36,519 nucleotides of DNA from a virus, in the IMG/VR virus record IMGVR_UViG_3300049844_000277, positions 1 through 36,519 of that record, one strand, 5' to 3'. Made by a program: the position numbers and the translations under genes. How positions within the stretch are numbered: the stretch's first letter is position 1; every line of letters starts with the position of its first letter. A model generated the notes under the pieces. That model made no database searches. It worked only from the letters and a program-made list of their open reading frames with translations, and was not told the DNA's origin. Positions 16,713 to 25,675 of the stretch are shown here, one piece after another.

Positions 16713-17229
16713 GGAGCCCTCCTGTAGTATCGGACTGGAACGGCTTCGTAGGAGGGCCGCCCTGTAGCGTGTTGTTGACCCGTGACGGCTGTGTGAAGCT
16801 TGAGGGGTCCGTCAACACAGTACTGTTGTACCTAAAATTCTGCGCGATGTTCTGTGCACTATCTCGGTGATGCGTTGTTGCTACGGGCGAACCTGAATCT
16901 CGTACAGATGAGGCGTCCGCTGGAGCGGCGGATGATGCGGCGCTGAACTTAGCAAAAGCATCAGCCCGCCCGGCCCAATACGCCATCTTCTCAATTTTTT
17001 TTAGCTTATCGTAGTACCGCGGGTCTTCTGTGAGATGGTCCATCGCAATTTCTTTTGCGATTTGAGTATCCGGGGTGTGCTCACGCTCAACCTTTGCTCC
17101 GGCGCGAACCTTCTTCGGCGGAAAGGATTCCTCCGACTTACCGGAAGCAAGCCCGCCCTGAATCTTCTCTTTTTTTGGTGTCATAAGGAGAGCGGTACCT
17201 CGACTGGCTCGATGCGGGTAGGAATACAC
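16702..17229 (-). CDS. Hypothetical protein, 175 aa, with an internal copy of the shared motif (MAYWAGRADAFAKFSAA)
   Basis: GTG start with AGGTG 5 nt upstream. It overlaps the 3' end of the HNH gene by 49 nt. Confidence 0.45.
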   Translation of the reverse strand: MYSYPHRASRGTALLMTPKKEKIQGGLASGKSEESFPPKKVRAGAKVEREHTPDTQIAKEIAMDHLTEDPRYYDKLKKIEKMAYWAGRADAFAKFSAASSAAPADASSVRDSGSPVATTHHRDSAQNIAQNFRYNSTVLTDPSSFTQPSRVNNTLQGGPPTKPFQSDTTGGLRDS

Positions 17230-18029
17230 GTTACACCTAGTTTAGTTCTTCTCGCTTCGAGCCATTTCTCATTTACTATTTTCGCACCTTTAGAAGAGTT
17301 ACAGCTTTTACATATGGGGCGAAGATTACTAGGACAGTTCGAACCTCCGCGGGCTAGCGGTATTACGTGATCTATTGCGCCGTAAGGACGTCCACATATC
17401 CAACAATGTCCGCCCCAAAGAAGAATTATCTTCTTTACGTCGGCAGCGGATAGAGTACCTCCAATACGCGCTTCCCTAGCACGGCGATTAGCTTTAGCCG
17501 CTTTCAATGCTTCAGGGTGTCGCTGGCAATACTGGCGGCCATATTCTTTTACCTTCCGCGGATTCGCCTGTTTCCAAGATTTGACTTTCACCAGAACGCG
17601 CGCCATATTCTTTTTCAGCCATGCGCGGTCAGCTGCTTTCTTTCGTTCAGGATTAGCGTCCCGCCATTCTTTGTTTAACGCTAAAAGACGTCTCCGGTGT
17701 TTCTTGTAATATTTTTTTCGTGAAGCAACGGCCCGTTCTCGGTTCGTTTTGTACCATTCTCTAGACATTACCCTGTATTTATCAGGATCTTTCCAATACA
17801 GAATTTTATCGCGTTCCTTCTTACGGAGAGGATTTTTGAGTTTCCAGCGACGAGCTCTCTTTTTAGCGCGCTCTCGATAGTCGGAATCATTTGCGTATTT
17901 AGATGCGAGTTGCGCTCTTACACATTTTTTACACGAAGGGTGTTTCCCGCTACTTTGTTGGCTGTTGTTATAGAATTCGTCTAGTTCCCGATACTGCTTA
18001 CACTTAGTACATTTTTTGCGTATCATCAC
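17181..18029 (-). CDS. HNH endonuclease with N-terminal CxxC...CxxC ribbon and about five basic W...NPE-type repeats
   Basis: C-terminus GHCWICGRPYGAIDHVIPLARGGSNCPSNLRPICKSCNSSKG is a canonical HNH zinc-finger motif. Confidence 0.8.
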   Translation of the reverse strand: MMIRKKCTKCKQYRELDEFYNNSQQSSGKHPSCKKCVRAQLASKYANDSDYRERAKKRARRWKLKNPLRKKERDKILYWKDPDKYRVMSREWYKTNRERAVASRKKYYKKHRRRLLALNKEWRDANPERKKAADRAWLKKNMARVLVKVKSWKQANPRKVKEYGRQYCQRHPEALKAAKANRRAREARIGGTLSAADVKKIILLWGGHCWICGRPYGAIDHVIPLARGGSNCPSNLRPICKSCNSSKGAKIVNEKWLEARRTKLGVTCIPTRIEPVEVPLSL

Positions 18030-18037
18030 AGCATCAA

Positions 18038-18532
18038 TTAGGATGCATGGAAGAAGCGGCTAACTGATCTGTAGCCCGACCCGAGAGATCCGTAACACGC
18101 CTCCATGTTACGGGAAATCTTGTAGTTTTTCGCTTTCTCTTCAAACTCCGCTTTACATAGCTGAGCCAGCGCCATGTACTGCTGCTGTTTGTCGTCCAAG
18201 CCGATCGGCTGTATATCTCCGTCTTGGTACGTGACTTGATTCCGAATTTGTCTGAAGGCTTCCGCCATCATCAGGAATTCAGCACAACCCATCAACATTA
18301 GCCAGGAGTTGATACCATCAACAGCGTCGCTGGATACTGGCGTCATTACGTTGAATCGCGCAGCCGTAAACTTGATAGCCCGCTGAAGCTCTGCATCCGA
18401 GAACTGCGGTAGGTCGAAAAGAATATTGTACGACCCCGTGTTCGGAATCTGTCCCGCGATGTCACGGATAAATCCGCGAATGTCATCTTGCGTTATGACT
18501 AGGGTAGTAGTCGGCGTCGCGGTTACGGGCAT
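18038..18532 (-). CDS. Hypothetical virion protein, 164 aa
   Basis: Lies 6 nt from the next gene. Confidence 0.5.
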   Translation of the reverse strand: MPVTATPTTTLVITQDDIRGFIRDIAGQIPNTGSYNILFDLPQFSDAELQRAIKFTAARFNVMTPVSSDAVDGINSWLMLMGCAEFLMMAEAFRQIRNQVTYQDGDIQPIGLDDKQQQYMALAQLCKAEFEEKAKNYKISRNMEACYGSLGSGYRSVSRFFHAS

Positions 18533-18538
18533 GGCGCA

Positions 18539-18967
18539 TTACCCCTGGAACCCACGGCAGGTGGTAGCCCACGCACGGGCTAACATGGCCGCTGAGGCTC
18601 CACTGGTGACGAGTTGAACAGCCTGCTTGACACCCAAGGTCAACCGTGACACATACGAGAGCGTTGCAGCGGTGCCCGTGGTCAAGAGCAGCGACTCCCC
18701 GGAGATTACCGCTCCCCCAGCGTCCAGGTTTACAATGTAAACGCTGTACGTTACCGACCCCCCGAAATCCGCCATTACGTTGTGAACGACGATAGGTTCC
18801 GTCTGTTCAAAGTCGAACAAGCCGCCCTTGGTATCGGTGGCGTACTTGTTCATCCCGTTTCCGGTAGACAACGTAGACGTTGAGCGAGCTCCGTTGAACT
18901 GGGACCCCGCCGTAATGAGCTGCTGGATACCGGCGGGCGACGTTCCGACGAGATAGAGAAGAGACAT
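18539..18967 (-). CDS. Hypothetical virion protein, 142 aa
   Basis: Clean open frame in the tail module. Confidence 0.5.
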   Translation of the reverse strand: MSLLYLVGTSPAGIQQLITAGSQFNGARSTSTLSTGNGMNKYATDTKGGLFDFEQTEPIVVHNVMADFGGSVTYSVYIVNLDAGGAVISGESLLLTTGTAATLSYVSRLTLGVKQAVQLVTSGASAAMLARAWATTCRGFQG

Positions 18968-18976
18968 GAAAGCTCC

Positions 18977-19528
18977 TTAGACGACGATTTCCGTTTTATC
19001 TGGTCCGTACAATCCTTCTTTGAAAAATTGTACGGTGTACGTAAATCCCGTGGTTAGGCTGAGCGGATTTACCCAATTACCTTCGGCGTTGGTCATTGTA
19101 ATCGCCAACGGCGCATCAGTGTTTCCAGCGTCAAAGTCAGACTTTTTCCAGACACGAATAACCGCCGCTTCGACGGGAATTCCTCCAGCAGTCTGATATC
19201 GAAGTGCACCGGAAGAGCCGTAGTTGTGGTCGACCTTAACTACGTTCGGAAAAGATGGGGCGGTACTAACAGCCTGAAAAGGCGTCGAAGGAACGCTGTA
19301 CTGCCCTACCGTGTCGATTGCGGTGAGACGGTAATACTTAGACGTGTCTCCCGTAGAATCGAGGTAGAAAAAAGTAGACGTTAGCGCATCCCACGCAGGA
19401 CCTGGAATTACGTGCGGGACGTTTACCAACACCGCCCACGTCGCACCGGTTAGGTTGTCCGCGCGCTCAAGATTGTACGAGGCGATATCAAGCTCTGTGC
19501 TCGCCGCCCAATTGACTCGAATTCCCAT
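18977..19528 (-). CDS. FN3/Ig-like domain protein, 183 aa
   Basis: N-terminus VNWAASTELDIASYNLERAD...YYRLTAIDTVGQYS fits an FN3 domain. Confidence 0.5.
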   Translation of the reverse strand: MGIRVNWAASTELDIASYNLERADNLTGATWAVLVNVPHVIPGPAWDALTSTFFYLDSTGDTSKYYRLTAIDTVGQYSVPSTPFQAVSTAPSFPNVVKVDHNYGSSGALRYQTAGGIPVEAAVIRVWKKSDFDAGNTDAPLAITMTNAEGNWVNPLSLTTGFTYTVQFFKEGLYGPDKTEIVV

Positions 19529-19839
19529 TACACGTCCTCAGCCTTTCCACCGCCAGGCGCTTTCGGAGGAGGATTTGGTGTCTCATCCACTGCCGTACCC
19601 CGCGGTGCGATAGGTGCGGGATTCTCTAGTGTAGCCGTTCCTGTCGGTGGGCGGGGGATTGGATTCAACGGAGAAGCGACAGCTGAACCTACTGGAGGAA
19701 GCGGTATAGGGTTAGATAACGTAGCGCGCCCACTTGGAGCCTTTGGAGGTGGATCAAAATTTCCCGTACCGTAGGGCGGAACTAAGTCATTAGGGCAATC
19801 ATCCCGTAAGTATCCTTGTGTAGCTAGTTGGAGCGTCAT
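19528..19839 (-). CDS. Proline-rich repeat protein, 103 aa, with four NPxPxPP-G-A units
   Basis: Repeats NPIPLPPVGSA, NPIPRPPTGTA, NPAPIAPRGTA and NPPPKAPGGG. Confidence 0.45.
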   Translation of the reverse strand: MTLQLATQGYLRDDCPNDLVPPYGTGNFDPPPKAPSGRATLSNPIPLPPVGSAVASPLNPIPRPPTGTATLENPAPIAPRGTAVDETPNPPPKAPGGGKAEDV

Positions 19840-20345
19840 AGAACTCGATCAATTCTAAATAGGGTATTTCTACCCTGACTGTCGTAAGTCGCTAGAATGT
19901 TCCACTCAAACAAGAGACCCGTGACTCCGGCCAATACGGCGTTCGCCGCAGAGTTGTAACCACGTAGGCGAGATGACAGAAGTCGCTTCGCGCCGTCGTA
20001 CACTTGCATATCGAGAACAGTGTTCTCGTGCTCCAAGGCAAGTAACCGAAGGATATTCGTCTTCTCGGAACTAACGTCGATCGTCTCACCCTGCTGAGGA
20101 TAATCTTGGGCTACCGTGCTGTATCCCGCATCTAAGAAAAATTCGTATATCGCGGAATAATAGCCCTCGGACGTAGGCGTCCAATTTACCGAGTACAATC
20201 CCTTGGTGATGTGCAGGGGGTATAGGGTAGCGACGGTAGTTAACGTCGGACCTAGAATCGTTACGCGAACGAAGAGGTCCGTCTTGCCGTCGTTAGCAAG
20301 AGCTTGAAGTGGTACGGGTTCATTGAGCGTTGCTCGTAAGAGCAT
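19836..20345 (-). CDS. Hypothetical virion protein, 169 aa
   Basis: Its stop overlaps the next start in an ATGA arrangement. Confidence 0.5.
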   Translation of the reverse strand: MLLRATLNEPVPLQALANDGKTDLFVRVTILGPTLTTVATLYPLHITKGLYSVNWTPTSEGYYSAIYEFFLDAGYSTVAQDYPQQGETIDVSSEKTNILRLLALEHENTVLDMQVYDGAKRLLSSRLRGYNSAANAVLAGVTGLLFEWNILATYDSQGRNTLFRIDRVL

Positions 20346-20357
20346 GGTGCTCCAAGT

Positions 20358-20903
20358 TTAGCTGTCGAGTGAACACGGCGTTCCGAACCCGCCAAGGTAA
20401 TATTGTAGGAGTTTTTGGGGGTCAACGGAATCCGGGTCTTCCTCAAACTTTTCATACCCTGGAGATTTCTGCATAGCAATGCAGACCGCTTCTGAGCAGA
20501 AAACGTTTTTACTTCCGCGAAACGGATTTTTCCATCGGCGCTTAAGTCTCCGTCCTAGCTGAACGACAATCTGCCCCATTAAACCCAGGTAGTCGTACGT
20601 GGAACCCAGGTATCGATGCGCGACGTATTTTAAACCTACGTCTATAGGCACCTTAGGTAAAAACAATCCCACGACATGATTATCATTACGGAAACGTGAG
20701 TAGGGAATAAGCCTAAAACCAAACTCGTGCGCTTCCATCACGATACTCAGTTCCCAATCTTCGTCGTAATACAAGAACCAAGCGTGACTGGCTTTAGACC
20801 CTGTTATTTTTCGTACGACCCACGAGACGGGATTAAACATCTTTGGCGTCGAAAATCCGACGCGAACAAAGGTATTCTTACTTCCGCCACTTATCGTAGC
20901 CAT
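20358..20903 (-). CDS. Putative permuted papain-fold (His...Cys) cysteine peptidase; endolysin candidate
   Basis: SKASHAWFLY and NVFCSEAV give the His-then-Cys order of YiiX/LRAT-like NlpC/P60 relatives. It overlaps the upstream membrane-protein gene. Confidence 0.35.
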   Translation of the reverse strand: MATISGGSKNTFVRVGFSTPKMFNPVSWVVRKITGSKASHAWFLYYDEDWELSIVMEAHEFGFRLIPYSRFRNDNHVVGLFLPKVPIDVGLKYVAHRYLGSTYDYLGLMGQIVVQLGRRLKRRWKNPFRGSKNVFCSEAVCIAMQKSPGYEKFEEDPDSVDPQKLLQYYLGGFGTPCSLDS

Positions 20904-21183
20904 ACCAAGATATCAGCACGCCAACAAGGCACATCACCGGGTCACTGACCCACGAATTAAGCCAGCTCTCCGGTGAGAGCCAAACGGTTGGCCACTTCTT
21001 CTCTGCGAACTTTTCAAATATTTCCCAAAGGAAAGCGATGGATAAGCACGTAACCAGTAGTTTCGGTCTACGAGACTTCGATACCGCTACCGAGCTACCA
21101 ATGAAAAACCAGAAGGCTATGTGCGCGATAGCCCAATAATCAAAGAACGTAACACCGGTACGGATAGGAAATAACCAGTCCAC
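20878..21183 (-). CDS. Three-transmembrane-helix small membrane protein, holin candidate
   Basis: Hydrophobic segments YWAIAHIAFWFFIGSSVAV, LLVTCLSIAFLWEIF and VMCLVGVLISWYGY. Confidence 0.45.
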   Translation of the reverse strand: MDWLFPIRTGVTFFDYWAIAHIAFWFFIGSSVAVSKSRRPKLLVTCLSIAFLWEIFEKFAEKKWPTVWLSPESWLNSWVSDPVMCLVGVLISWYGYDKWRK

Positions 21184-21186
21184 AGA

Positions 21187-21477
21187 TTACCTTTTCTCTT
21201 TTGGAGAGTTTATTGTCAGCAGCCTTGAGATTTTCTCGTCGAGGATGTCGAGTCTAAAGTTTATTGCGTCGAATTTACCGTTAAGCTCTGTTTCGAATTT
21301 TTCCATGACCGCCCGCTGATATTTGTAGATAGCGTTCAGCCAGGTGAATATTTCAGGGAAATTTTCCCGAACCTCTGCGCACACTTCGCAGATGTTCGGT
21401 TTTCCGTGTGAGGTGAAATCGTAGCCACACGTCTCACAATCGACTTTATGCCACTCTCCGACGTCATCCCCGCGCAT
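21187..21477 (-). CDS. Zinc-ribbon plus coiled-coil small protein, 96 aa
   Basis: Motif CETCGYDFTSHGKPNICEVC followed by a helical C-terminus. Confidence 0.45.
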   Translation of the reverse strand: MRGDDVGEWHKVDCETCGYDFTSHGKPNICEVCAEVRENFPEIFTWLNAIYKYQRAVMEKFETELNGKFDAINFRLDILDEKISRLLTINSPKEKR

Positions 21478-21493
21478 GTAGTCTCCTGGGTGA

Positions 21494-22456
21494 TTACGGA
21501 ACGGCTCCCACGGTTAGAGCACGACCCAAGATGACTGTCCACGATAGCTTTAGGCCGGTGTGTCCAGAGTTATGCATCGTCAGCCGACCCTTCCATTGCG
21601 GTATCTTCGATTTCGGCTCAATAGCGGGAATCGAAAAATTAACGTAGTGGCTGCCGAGTATCTGTAGACGATTGGCGTAACGTACGAGGACCTGTTCAAC
21701 GGTTAGCAAATGCCAACGAGCACTACCTGGAGTAGCGCTCGGAGTAACAACCGGTCTACCGATTAACGGCGCGCTCATGTCCCAATACCCGTTGTACGTG
21801 GTAGGGCTTGTTTGCGCTGGAACGGGAACAGCGGCGCTCAAATCAACATCGTAAGCACCGTCATTGGCTGCGGGAACAATCACACCACTTACAACGTTAC
21901 AGTTACCAGTATTCGTACCGTTTGCTACCACCGATGTCGCAGGCGCAAACACCTCTAACGTAGCGTAATCGCCGTGCTCTGCTCCGGCGAAATTTGCGCT
22001 CGCACCCGCCAATAAAACAACGTCACAGAAAGACCACTCAACAACAGTATCCCCCGCGGTATCACTCGAAGCTAAAAAAGCCTGACCATTACCACGTTGA
22101 GTACCATCACCGGCGGACGTGAAATAGAGATAGACGCCCGCTGGGAAAATACACGGCGTAACAAATGGTGAGCCATCTGAGGCGGTCTGTGCCGTAGTAA
22201 TTGCTACGGTAGTTGGATGGTGGTCGTGAAGCAAATCGATAGCTTTAGTTACGGACAAGTCCGCGCTACCGTCATTCAATTGATATTTGTCCGTTCCTTG
22301 GCCGAGCAATTCGATGAGAGAAGAACTTGCAGCAAGCTGCCAGTGCTCGAACATGTCTTCTAGGTCGGCTTGAGAATTGGCCGGGATGACCTGCGCGATA
22401 GTGTTATATTTAACCTCGACATCCTCAGAGGTTTTATTCTTGAAGATGCGAGCCAT
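21494..22456 (-). CDS. Tail fiber-like or distal tail protein, 320 aa
   Basis: Gly/Thr/Ala/Asn-rich beta-type sequence. Confidence 0.45.
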   Translation of the reverse strand: MARIFKNKTSEDVEVKYNTIAQVIPANSQADLEDMFEHWQLAASSSLIELLGQGTDKYQLNDGSADLSVTKAIDLLHDHHPTTVAITTAQTASDGSPFVTPCIFPAGVYLYFTSAGDGTQRGNGQAFLASSDTAGDTVVEWSFCDVVLLAGASANFAGAEHGDYATLEVFAPATSVVANGTNTGNCNVVSGVIVPAANDGAYDVDLSAAVPVPAQTSPTTYNGYWDMSAPLIGRPVVTPSATPGSARWHLLTVEQVLVRYANRLQILGSHYVNFSIPAIEPKSKIPQWKGRLTMHNSGHTGLKLSWTVILGRALTVGAVP

Positions 22457-23022
22457 CAGCGATCTCCCTCAACAAGGACAAAGTCAGCGTTGCTAGTACC
22501 TGTACCGGTTAACCATGTGTACGGTTGGAGACTTAGCGCGGATACGTTCGTCGTAATAGCGGTAATCAGCGCGTTATCCAAAAAGAATTGAGCCAGGTTC
22601 GGAGACACAAGAATTTCAAAGAAGTGATTGTTACTGTCCACAGGGACAGCGCTATTGAAATTCGTCGTTCCTCCAGGCGTACCGCACTGGCAGCGGTAAA
22701 CGCCCGCGTTCGTAATCCAAGCAATCCATTCAGCGCCAGCTCCGTTCATCAAGCCAACTTCGGCTGTTCCGGTCCCCGGTGTTAATATCGCGCGCCAAAG
22801 GCACCGGACATTCTGGGCGGCGGAGAACGCGCCAAAACCAGCGTGCGTAATGTACCCACCTGCGCCGCTTACAAGGATACTTCCGCCCAAAGAATTTTGG
22901 CTCGTTACCGTAGCACCAGTGTTGCTCCACGCTTGATTATCGTAAGATGCACCAATGAAATCGTCGAAAAAAGATAAGCGCTCGGCGGGGTCCCGCGCGA
23001 TGTCCGCTAGGTCAAGCATCAC
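22456..23022 (-). CDS. Putative receptor-binding or lectin-like protein, paralog A (188 aa)
   Basis: Shares FxDDF-x-A-Y-N-x-W, FGAFSAAQ, TNF, FFLD and LQP blocks with the adjacent 204-aa gene. Confidence 0.55.
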   Translation of the reverse strand: MMLDLADIARDPAERLSFFDDFIGASYDNQAWSNTGATVTSQNSLGGSILVSGAGGYITHAGFGAFSAAQNVRCLWRAILTPGTGTAEVGLMNGAGAEWIAWITNAGVYRCQCGTPGGTTNFNSAVPVDSNNHFFEILVSPNLAQFFLDNALITAITTNVSALSLQPYTWLTGTGTSNADFVLVEGDR

Positions 23023-23633
23023 CTAACTCCCCGAGCATCTACGTAATCCATGTCAGAGGTAGCAGCAGCATTGTTACTGGAGGTACAATTAACAAAGGGC
23101 TGTAACTGCTGCGTAGAAATGTTCGTCAAAATAGATGCGCGAAGTATCCCATCCAAGAAAAAATTAACACCTGTCGAAGAGCACAGGATTTGGAACGTGT
23201 GCGTAGCTGTATTTGCGATAACTCCGCTATCTACGGTTGTCGTTCCTGCTCCATCGGAACATTGGCACTGGAAGTTTGTGGTTCCTCGAGCACTACGCCA
23301 GCGCATTGATTGTACGGTAGGCGCGGTGGCACTCTGAAATCCGCACTCAGAGAGTCCGCCCGTGCCCGTCGCGGGTGAAACAAGCGTTCCCCGCCAGATA
23401 ATCTGAGCAAACTGGGCGGCGGAAAAAGCGCCAAAGTTACCGTGATTAAATCGGTAACTGTTGTTATTGTTCGCGCTGATTAGAATACGGCCGCCGGCCG
23501 AGTTCAATTGAGTAACACTACCGTTGCCCGTAACCGCCCAAATACGATTATTGTACGCCGCCTGTACAAAGTCATCGATGAACGAGACTTGTGACGGGTC
23601 AGCGTAATTGGACGGTTGCGAAATTTGAGGCAT
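23019..23633 (-). CDS. Putative receptor-binding or lectin-like protein, paralog B (204 aa)
   Basis: ATGA overlap with paralog A and the same motif blocks. Confidence 0.55.
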   Translation of the reverse strand: MPQISQPSNYADPSQVSFIDDFVQAAYNNRIWAVTGNGSVTQLNSAGGRILISANNNNSYRFNHGNFGAFSAAQFAQIIWRGTLVSPATGTGGLSECGFQSATAPTVQSMRWRSARGTTNFQCQCSDGAGTTTVDSGVIANTATHTFQILCSSTGVNFFLDGILRASILTNISTQQLQPFVNCTSSNNAAATSDMDYVDARGVR

Positions 23634-23649
23634 TAGGGTGTTGACTCAC

Positions 23650-24381
23650 TTACGCCGTCAGCTCAGTGATTCTGGCTGCTCCGGTCGCGGAAACCCAGAT
23701 ACCGGAAATGAGGCCCGTGTACAACAGGGCGCCGTCCAATGTAAGAGTCGCGTTAATCCCCAGACGGTACGTGTAGCTCGTCGATGATGCTGTAGCGCCG
23801 TACTTGACGTACAGTACCGATGTACTGTCGTTGACGATTACCGCGCCGAGTCTGTTAGCGTTGGATGCGAGTAACGTCGTAGAAGAAGCCGACGCAGCGA
23901 CGTTGGTAAGTGTTGCCGTTGCCGCTTTAGCGCCTGTAGTAGAGACCGCGGTTTGATCGCTCGCTAAAACTACCGCGAGAGATGCCGACATCGCTTTCTG
24001 ACCGAGAGTTGCCGGTAGCTTCCCCGATATCCCGGATAACGTCGTCTCCGTAGCAGCTCCCGATGGAAGAGGGAGCGATGCGGCAGAGATTGGTTGCGTA
24101 TCTGTCGGCGTCGTGGGCTTGTAGAAAGCCGTTCCGTCGGTTAACCGGACAGCGCTCGGACTCGCAGCTACGGTTCTATCTTGCGCCGGAGATGCTGGAA
24201 TCTTTGTGTTAATCGCAGATAAAGTAGTCTCAGTTGATGCGCCTGACGGCAGCGGTAAAGCTGTAGCCGAAATCGGCTGGGTCGTTGAACCCGTCGGGTC
24301 AGTACGGAGCGGAGCTCCAGATACGCCAAGTGGCGTACCGTCTGTTGCTACGATAACTGCCACAGGGGAATCTACGCTCAT
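23650..24381 (-). CDS. Tail fiber repeat protein, 243 aa, with two copies of about 37 aa (QPISA-x-LPLPSGA-x-TETTLS-x-I)
   Basis: The internal repeat is visible at protein level. Ser/Thr/Ala-rich. Confidence 0.55.
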   Translation of the reverse strand: MSVDSPVAVIVATDGTPLGVSGAPLRTDPTGSTTQPISATALPLPSGASTETTLSAINTKIPASPAQDRTVAASPSAVRLTDGTAFYKPTTPTDTQPISAASLPLPSGAATETTLSGISGKLPATLGQKAMSASLAVVLASDQTAVSTTGAKAATATLTNVAASASSTTLLASNANRLGAVIVNDSTSVLYVKYGATASSTSYTYRLGINATLTLDGALLYTGLISGIWVSATGAARITELTA

Positions 24382-24914
24382 GTCACGCTCCTAGTGCGAC
24401 TTGTCTCAAAGGCTCCAGAATATGAAACCGTATCGACGACCGTCGCCAACAAGGTCTCCGATTCGTCGTAAACTTTCCAAGTAATTGAATCCGGAAATGC
24501 GCCGGTCCAATGGATGAGTTTCTCCACAATCTTCTTCTTACCTACACCGGCTTGGTCATACCAGACAATAGCCGTTGGAAAAATTGTTCCAGTGGTCTCT
24601 TTGTAAGCCCCAGAAGCAAATCCTTCAAAAGGTCCACCACCATCGGCAAGGTGGATGAGTTGCCTAATGGTAGTATGTCCGCTGGGACTTAGGCCCCCAG
24701 AGCTCGACGCCTCTTCCCATACGCTGTTAGCGTCGTTACGGCGATACAACTTACTTAGGTCTGTTCGCCAAAATAGCTCTTTTGCTTCAGGTGAAGCTGG
24801 AAAGCTCGGACCGGAGGGGATGACTAATGCACCACCACCATCGCGGTTAAATTCGTACGTACCGGTAACGATTTTGGACGCGGTGTCGTCAATGATGACT
24901 TGAACGATACCCAT
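24378..24914 (-). CDS. Hypothetical tail protein, 178 aa, paralogous C-terminus with the next gene
   Basis: C-terminus VSYSGAFETSRTRSVT compares with ISYSGGKVTGYVRTRDI in the 168-aa neighbour. Confidence 0.5.
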   Translation of the reverse strand: MGIVQVIIDDTASKIVTGTYEFNRDGGGALVIPSGPSFPASPEAKELFWRTDLSKLYRRNDANSVWEEASSSGGLSPSGHTTIRQLIHLADGGGPFEGFASGAYKETTGTIFPTAIVWYDQAGVGKKKIVEKLIHWTGAFPDSITWKVYDESETLLATVVDTVSYSGAFETSRTRSVT

Positions 24915-25421
24915 TTAGATGTCCCTGGTCCGCACGTAGCCGGTTACTTTACCGCCGGAGTAAGAGATGTTTGTCGTGGTCTGGGCGACAATGGTCGTAC
25001 CGTCAGTATCATAGATTCGGTCTATTTGCGTTACCACTCGCCCAGACACGTAAGTATAATCCGAGGTCTTTCGAATTTTAGATGTAGCAGTAACGGTCCA
25101 GGTCTCCTTTGAAACCAGAACACCGGAGTATGTAACTACGTACGTAAATCCTGTGTAATTGGGGTCCGTCTCTAACAGGAAATCGTACGTCGAAACGCCT
25201 GAACCGCCTAAAAGCTCGGCGAGAGTCTTTGCTCCGGTAATCGTATCCTTGAGGACAAGATTACCGGAGACATCTCGCTCGAGCCCGACAAGTAAGTCGT
25301 TCGTTGCAGCGAATTGCGGATAGAATCCTGCAGCGGCAAGGCCGTCGGTTGCAAGCTGAATCTCTGATTCGTATCCCTCAGCGGTGTCCTTCTGCGGGAT
25401 AACTAAAACCGTGGCAGCCAT
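24915..25421 (-). CDS. Hypothetical tail protein, 168 aa
   Basis: Adjacent to its paralog with no gap. Confidence 0.5.
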   Translation of the reverse strand: MAATVLVIPQKDTAEGYESEIQLATDGLAAAGFYPQFAATNDLLVGLERDVSGNLVLKDTITGAKTLAELLGGSGVSTYDFLLETDPNYTGFTYVVTYSGVLVSKETWTVTATSKIRKTSDYTYVSGRVVTQIDRIYDTDGTTIVAQTTTNISYSGGKVTGYVRTRDI

Positions 25422-25435
25422 TACCGTCTTTCAGG

Positions 25436-25654
25436 TTAGGTAGGTGTTACGCGAACCACGTACAAGCTATCACTATCAAGCTCCCAGTCTTCGTACTGTA
25501 TACCGGCGAGCTGACTCAACGCCGTCTTAAACGATTCTCTGTTCCCTGTGGAGGAGAACGCTGCGAAGACGTACGTCTTCCTTCTCTTTGAAAATACGCA
25601 GTTGTTAGTTCTGGCAGCCTGAATGACTTCTAGGTCTTTACCGTTCCAAGCCAT
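25436..25654 (-). CDS. Hypothetical protein, 72 aa
   Basis: Compact non-repetitive frame. Confidence 0.4.
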   Translation of the reverse strand: MAWNGKDLEVIQAARTNNCVFSKRRKTYVFAAFSSTGNRESFKTALSQLAGIQYEDWELDSDSLYVVRVTPT

Positions 25655-25675
25655 GGTTGTCCTCCTGAATTACAC

